From: Eledone cirrhosa
Lineage: Eukaryota
Assembly (NCBI GenBank): GCA_964016885.1
Contig: OZ024754.1
Location: 4,030,001-4,094,000, forward strand
DNA length: 64,000 nt
Direction: 5' to 3'
The translations under genes were made by a program, and so were the position numbers. The notes under the pieces are model-generated. The model was not told where the DNA came from, did no database searches, and was given only the letters and a program-made list of their open reading frames with translations. Positions 56,831 through 64,000 of the stretch are shown here, piece after piece. The stretch's first letter is position 1. Each line of letters opens with the position of its first letter.

Positions 56831-59590
56831 TTTGACTCCTACATTCTCTTTTGATTAAGCTCATGTTATGTTGATTAAGCTCATGTTATGTTGATTAACT
56901 ATGCAGCATATAAACTAGATTTAAACCATTAAGATTAGGACTCTGTTATTTAAGTCAGGGCAGCATTTTTTACATTATCACTGAACTGAGATTAATAGTT
57001 TGAAATACAATCTCAAACAAATGAAAAGCAATATTCTTTGCAACAGTATTTGCAGTCTGTTTCACAAGAAATAAATAAACAAGCACACAATAAATCGGAT
57101 GTTTGTGTTTTTGGTAATTATTTGAAAAGCAGGACAGTTACTAAAATATATCACAATGTGCATTTTAATAAGAACCAATCCGTTCCTTCCGGTAGTTGTC
57201 AAGCGATTAGTTTCTCCCATAACAAATGACAGGAAATGCACAAACAATCCCTAGTTAATTATTCTAATATAGATAGCTGCCGAATCGAATGTAAACTAAG
57301 AAAAATGATGACAGGTAATATGATAAATTGCACTACAGTGATATTTATTTTCCTTGTATTTATTTGTTTGCTTGTTTGGTTATTTTATTTGATTTCCATC
57401 GGAAAATAAATCCGAAACAAACCTAAAAAAAAACGATGTCTGCCTGTAAAAATAAACAATAAAGAATGCTACGAATTATAATAAACAAACAAATATAATG
57501 AAAATTTATCAACGTGGGGTTTGAATGTGAAATAAAAATATAGAATAAAAAAAAGTTTCGAAATTAGAAACAGAACAAAAATATAATGTAAGATTGCATC
57601 AAGGAAGAGAGTCTCCAAATACCGCTGTGCCTCATCTGGCTCTGAAATACCTTCTAAATTGAAAAGCGGAAAACTCGGTGGCGTCACATTTCATATTTGA
57701 TTGGAACAATGTGATATTTAAAGATATGTCTTAGCTGTAATAATAATAGATGAGAGTTCTAATTAATTCCTATGTTTAGAACAGAGTCCTCAACAACCGT
57801 CAAACCATCGACGTCTATCTAGTTTGACTCCTCCTCAAATTACGCACCAATCAGCAAGAGAGGCTCTATATGAACGCACGAAAGCCTGCTAGAAATAACA
57901 GACATATATATCCTCAAAGCCAACCTAACCTTCTTATCAAATGGAATGATGCGTCGTATATCTACATAAATGTCTTTTGTTTAGCTTCGGATCATCCCTT
58001 ATGAAATACTTCATAGGCTGGTTTAATCAGAGTTGATCTGACGGCTCTACAAAACCAACATAACCCACTATTGAAATCACAATAATTACTATATCTGTAG
58101 CTTTACAAATTCTATGTGTTTGAGCCAGCGAGTTAATCTCCACGAAGTCAATTGCATTGGCATATGTTACATGCAACTATTTAGTAACTCACACCGTACT
58201 CTCTAACACAATATATGATATATTGTATAATCTAGAGCTAGAAATTGTAAATAAATAAAAAAGAGAAGGATCATGGCCCAAAATATCTTTCCTCAACGTT
58301 CAGTGAAAGCATTGCTGATCTGTAGGTAAACACCAAACTAAATAACTAGGTATAGACGAATACAAGTATCTGTATCTAAGAGGATGCCTTCGGAATCATG
58401 ACGTCCGTTGATCTGTCCCAATGCGTATCATTGTAGACAGGTGTCATTTATCATGATCACATTTCAACAACAGACTTGGGAGTGAACCTGGGTACAATAA
58501 CACTTTGTGAAAGTCGTTCATATGCCGTAAGACTTTCATTCAAAAGTCCATACTTGCACACACGCTGTAAAAGAATTCCTAGATTTATCACCAATATAAA
58601 TCTATGATGTCTTATTGCGTTTTAGAAGTAAGTTGATTTCTCCGTATTCTTGTTCAGGTGTAATAGTGAAATAGCATTTATTGCAGGAAAGTAGTAATTG
58701 TATTATAAAAAAAAAACGTTATTAAAGAAATACAATTGGTAGACTGTGGATGGGTGGGGGATTACAGAATGAACAGAATATATATATATATATATTGTCC
58801 AAAGCTCCTACTCACGTATCAGCAATTACTTGGTAAGTGCTGCAAAAACATCTGGGTCCAATAGAGATAACTACTTATATGGGGGTCATTTTATAATGTT
58901 ATTTTTGTTGTTCTTGCTGTTGTTGTCGTTATTTTATTTAAGTTTGAGTAGAACGGCAAATCCGTACGATGACACATACTTTACGTATTCTAATAACATC
59001 TTTTACTAATTAAATAAATAAATAAAATGTCAGAATATAACACAAGTGAAATAAAAACAAAATTCCAGTGAAAATTTTCTAGAAAAGGTTTTGTTTTTTT
59101 CTGTATAATAATGGTCCCTTATTCGTAGTCACATGTGGAATGATTTTTCCATTTCTTTTTATTATTTTAAATAAATATCATTTGATTGAAAGAAACACAC
59201 ATACACAAGCGTACGTATACCTACACCAACCAAGAAGACAGATATTCATCCATATATACACATAAGCAAATCCGAAATCACACTCCTCTTCATCTATATA
59301 CTTACGCCTAACCGCCACAAATACATAGACACATACATGTATATAACTACAACAGCCGCAAAGACACATACACTCAAACATAGAGACAAGTACACAAAAT
59401 AATATTAATTATACACAGGCATTTTTTTATAGTTTAGATTATATCATAGATATACTGGAAGGAGAAAGACTATTTATTGTAGATAACTCACTTAAAAATA
59501 CATTCATTATCTCAGAACTGGTAAGAGTAAAAGCATCTCAAGCATTTGTCATAATTTCTGATGGTTTTTAAAGTAAAGGATTTGCTTTTC

Positions 59591-59640
59591 CTTATCCTTT
59601 CATTAGTTAATATTTCTATATTAACTAATGAAAGGATAAG
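59591..59640. repeat. Perfect 23-bp-arm hairpin with 4-nt loop
   Basis: CTTATCCTTTCATTAGTTAATAT-TTCT-ATATTAACTAATGAAAGGATAAG. Confidence 0.92.
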
Positions 59641-60745
59641 AAAAACCACGTTAAACGGTAATCAAGCGAATATATAACAAAATAATGTGTCAATATATAA
59701 CAAAATAATGTGTCATATTTTCTTTAACTGCTGTAAAATCATAATGGAATTTATATTAAACAGTGGAATTCTATCTATAATGATGGAAAAAAAAAACATT
59801 GAAAAAAAAAAAAATAATAATAATTCCGTTTTAAACAATTTGCACTAGACAAAATTGAAGAGAGCTTCTATGTGAGTTGTTTTATGTTTATTCTATTTCC
59901 GTTCAAATTAAATTGAGTCCACAACAAAACCAAATGAAAAGATATCAATAGATATTCGCAAACAACTTAGAGATTCATTTTAATATACATACTCGGAAAG
60001 CGCACACAGAGACACACACAAGCATTTAAGCAAACTTATGTTGTATATAGAGCAGGATTACAGATTCTGTTCATACTATATTTTACAAATAAAGATCTAG
60101 AACATAATGCATTGAACTGGCAGTGAATGTCGCTGAGCAACGTGTAAACTTATGGGAGATACAAAAACGTACATTTCCCTCCTTCAATATCTTAGAAAAA
60201 GCCAAAGGTTGTGACATTTTCGGTAGACATTGCACTCGGCAGATAGTATTAACAATAAAAATACCAGAAGATCACATAATCTTAATGTCCAATTTGACGG
60301 GTGACTCAATTCATTTCTTTGTTTTAACCGTAGAGTTTAATTTGTAGAATATCTTGCTAATATTTTTAGCAAAAGAGTTAACCACTTTTTATTGCCGGAA
60401 AATCATATTAATACCGGATAAATATTTATCATGCCAGCGTATGTAGACCGCCTATATATCATCGTTATGTTTGGTGTGTTTGTGTGTGTGTGAGTATGTG
60501 GAAGCTTGGTTGAATGTGAGTGTTTGTGTGTGTCGCAGTAAACTGGCAATTATATGGCAAGAGAGAGTAAAGTATAGATTTCATTTTTAAGTTGATATAT
60601 GTTCTATTGTTATCTGAGAAACATGTCTTGTTAGCAAAGACAACTAAACTGAATCCACTATGTACCAGTTCCTTCATCATATAATTTATATTATATATGT
60701 ATATATATATATGTATACAAATAAGTATAAATATTTATATATATA

Positions 60746-60800
60746 GGGCGGTGCCCCAGCATGGCCTCAGCCGGATGGCTGAAACAGGTAAAAGAGAATA
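60746..60800 (+). mobile_element. Short retroposon 3'-end fragment in a (TA)-rich tract
   Basis: GGCGGTGCCCCAGCATGGCCTCAGCCGGATGGCTGAAACAGGTAAAAGAGAATA. Related copy at 24063. Confidence 0.55.
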
Positions 60801-60821
60801 TGAATATATAAATAAATAAAT

Positions 60822-60855
<34 letters not shown>

Positions 60856-60872
60856 GTATATACATATATATG

Positions 60873-60932
<60 letters not shown>

Positions 60933-62302
60933 AACCCTTATGTATTGTATAAACTATATAGCTGTATGATGTAACGTAATGAAGTACATCATTATTATCT
61001 GTACAACATTCACACCATGGCATGTAAAATCAGAACAAAAACACTGCACATTTAATTTACAATAATAATAATAATACAAGATTGTAGGTGATAGGCAAGA
61101 AGATTCTAAGGAAAAAAAATCCAATCCACTTTTTCTGGCCATCTTTTTTCTAACTTCAATGTCTTCTTTCCATTCCTGGCTATCCAGACGTTGCACTGAA
61201 TTCATTTTTAGTTTTTTTACAGGATTAAAATTTCGTATTTGTCATAGAGTTTTTTTTTTCTTTGTTTGTTTATTTTTTCTAATCTCCTTGGCTCGGAATA
61301 TCACTAAATGATGGGCATTGCCTAACGAAAGGGATGTCTATATGCAGGCTGTATGATAGGGAATGGTTTGCTGTATAAATTGATTATGAATGATGCTTAA
61401 ATGAGATATGTGTTTCACAAACCATTCTCGACCATTTCTGCTTTATATTTATGTTTTATCAGTTGTGATGATCAATTAAGGCTGAACACTGACATATTCT
61501 GCAAGAAAGCACTTTACAGAAAGCTATTCACTATAATATTTTCTATTTTCATGTCTTGTTACTTGCTTTGTTTGAGGTTGTTTCTTTTTCGTATTCTTTT
61601 CTCCTATCTATGCATATAAGACGTACGCCAAGACAAAAATCTTGCACAACTGATACAAAAAAAAATGCATACATTGATAAATAAATATAATATTAGAAAA
61701 CATATACATAATTACAATTACTGTGAAGAATGATCTACAAAAAACACAAACAAACATTATATATCACCACAAAAAGGAAAGCATGAATACAAAGTGGGAT
61801 GGAGGTAAAACAAACCATAACAGAAAATAAGACATTTCTTGGCTTCATGACTGCGAAATAATGATCTTTATAGAAACGGAGTGAGAGAAGAGACGTGGAT
61901 TTAATAGCCATGACACATTGGCCAGCTTAGATTTCTAATCAGATTTGCAACCAACTGGTTATCACTAGCTCTCATGGGAAGTGCAACTTCCGTATCTGTT
62001 TGGTGTTTGGACAATAGCTACAAATATATTGTCCTTCCCTCATTACAAATTTCACTGCCTGCTTGAATTATTTTCTTGTACGTTCTCTCTGATCCGGAAT
62101 CCGTCATAATTAATTGCTATCCGTTCTTTCCTGCTTAAAGGGATTCTCCTAACCAACTTTTCTGCTTATTTTCTGTGTGTTATTTATTCCCACTTATTCC
62201 CACGTCTTTCTATTTCTATTTTTTCTATTAATTAGTTTGATTAATAGTTCTGACATCTGAATAATTTGGGCGAGAAATTCCCTGCAGTCTTAATTCAGAT
62301 TA

Positions 62303-62345
<43 letters not shown>

Positions 62346-62690
62346 TGATTAAAGTGAAACACTTCAATAGATTCCAGCCGCTAGAATAATAAAAAGAATA
62401 TCTATATATATATATATATATATACCTACATAGATTATTAAGAATGATAATTAAAGAAAAAATAGAAAAAGTGTCTGATATATAGTAAACATATAAGGCT
62501 TTATTAAAAAATATCTAAGGAGTCCTTTATTTATATTGTGTATCCTTTATACATATTTGTCACCAATGATTTCGCTATTCAAGTCTTAAATCTTATTTGC
62601 CGATGCAAACAAACACATACAGCTCATTGCTCAGTTTTAATATATGATCAAAGAAAAATGAAATCTGAAAGAAAACAACGTCTTTGGGTG

Positions 62691-62768
<78 letters not shown>

Positions 62769-63058
62769 ATGTATCTATGTTATTCCCCACCTTTTTCCAT
62801 AGTGGGGCTTACTGCACTTCCATCTTTTTTCACATGCCTTGAGAAATGTTTTTATAATTATACCTGATTTACATACACACACACATATATATATACGCAC
62901 TCATATATATACATATATATGTGTGTGTGTGTGTATGTATTTCCATATACATATTTGTATGTTTATATACATACATATATACACACATACACATATATAC
63001 ATATATACACATATATACGTACATATACTCACGTACATATATACATATATATATATAC

Positions 63059-63090
<32 letters not shown>

Positions 63091-63266
63091 GTATTTACAT
63101 AGACATATTCGTATATTTACTTGTGTACATATGTTTCTATACAAACACACACACACAACTATATTATTATATCTATCTACCTAGTTAAATATCCATCTAT
63201 ACATGTGTGTCCGTTATATATATTCATTGTGGTGATCACAGTCACTTGCCTATGGGCATGCTGAGG

Positions 63267-63328
<62 letters not shown>

Positions 63329-63472
63329 ATGTATTATGTAAGTAAGTAAGTATGTAAACGAAAGCAACACAATGAAGTTATACGTTAGTTTAACGCTTGC
63401 TTATAATATGGAACGATTGTACACATAAACACACACAAACACTATATATATACATATACATATATATGTGTA

Positions 63473-63554
<82 letters not shown>

Positions 63555-63557
<3 letters not shown>

Positions 63558-63828
63558 CGGGTAAAATTCCCGAAATCCATGGACGAGTTCTCTCCAGCGG
63601 TCTCTGTCCCTCATTATCGCTGCCATATCCTGCGTCTCCAACAGACCAGTGTCTGTCCTTAGGGCATCAACATACGTTAACCTTGGTCTTCCTCTTCCAG
63701 TGTGTCCATGTAGGGGCTCCCACAGGAGGATGAAAAACTTAGAGCTGTATGGGAGCCTCCCAAAAGTCAGCTCAAAGGTGACACAGAGGAGACTGAGGTT
63801 AGCTGGACATGGTCACCGACATCCAGAG

Positions 63829-63831
<3 letters not shown>
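63555..63831 (-). mobile_element. RTE/RTE-X-like LINE 3' fragment with inverted 5' segment, inside (TA)n
   Basis: Minus 63730-63555: [29 protein letters not shown]...[10 protein letters not shown]. Plus 63736-63828: NLELYGSLPKVSSKVTQRRLRLAGHGHRHPE. These are adjacent parts of the ORF2 C-terminus. Confidence 0.85.
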
Positions 63832-63872
<41 letters not shown>

Positions 63873-64000
63873 CATTATCGGAGAAAGCTTTTAGCGATAC
63901 TCCGGCTAAATTCCAACTCACTCAACAAACATTAGTAAATAAGTGAGTATATTCCTAATTAAACGTTGGGGGTGCTAACTAAATGTATTGTGTGGAAAAT

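Overview
Eukaryotic, very AT-rich, microsatellite-saturated non-coding DNA (intron or intergenic). No protein-coding gene can be supported: almost every ORF in the track is a translation of (TA)n, (CA)n, (TACA)n, (CAT)n, (TAG)n or (GAA)n. The interspersed repeats resemble, from recall and not from a search, the tRNA-derived SINEs and RTE LINEs of octopus-like cephalopods. Supportable content: many copies of two SINE families (one with a 19-bp TSD), two RTE-type LINE 3' fragments (one with a twin-priming-type 5' inversion), a decayed Tc1/mariner-like relic, and many simple and tandem repeats. The most interesting signal is a set of 150-250 bp modules sitting inside (TA)n tracts that carry type I hammerhead ribozyme (HHR) motifs. 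One has a complete core (34086-34132), several have one or two core mutations, and two unrelated families have the 5' half of the ribozyme replaced by a fold-back copy of its 3' half, giving ~60-bp-arm palindromes whose arms co-vary within each copy. These are most plausibly (TA)n-targeting, non-autonomous Penelope-like retroelement derivatives. This assignment is inference, since no Penelope ORF is present in the window.
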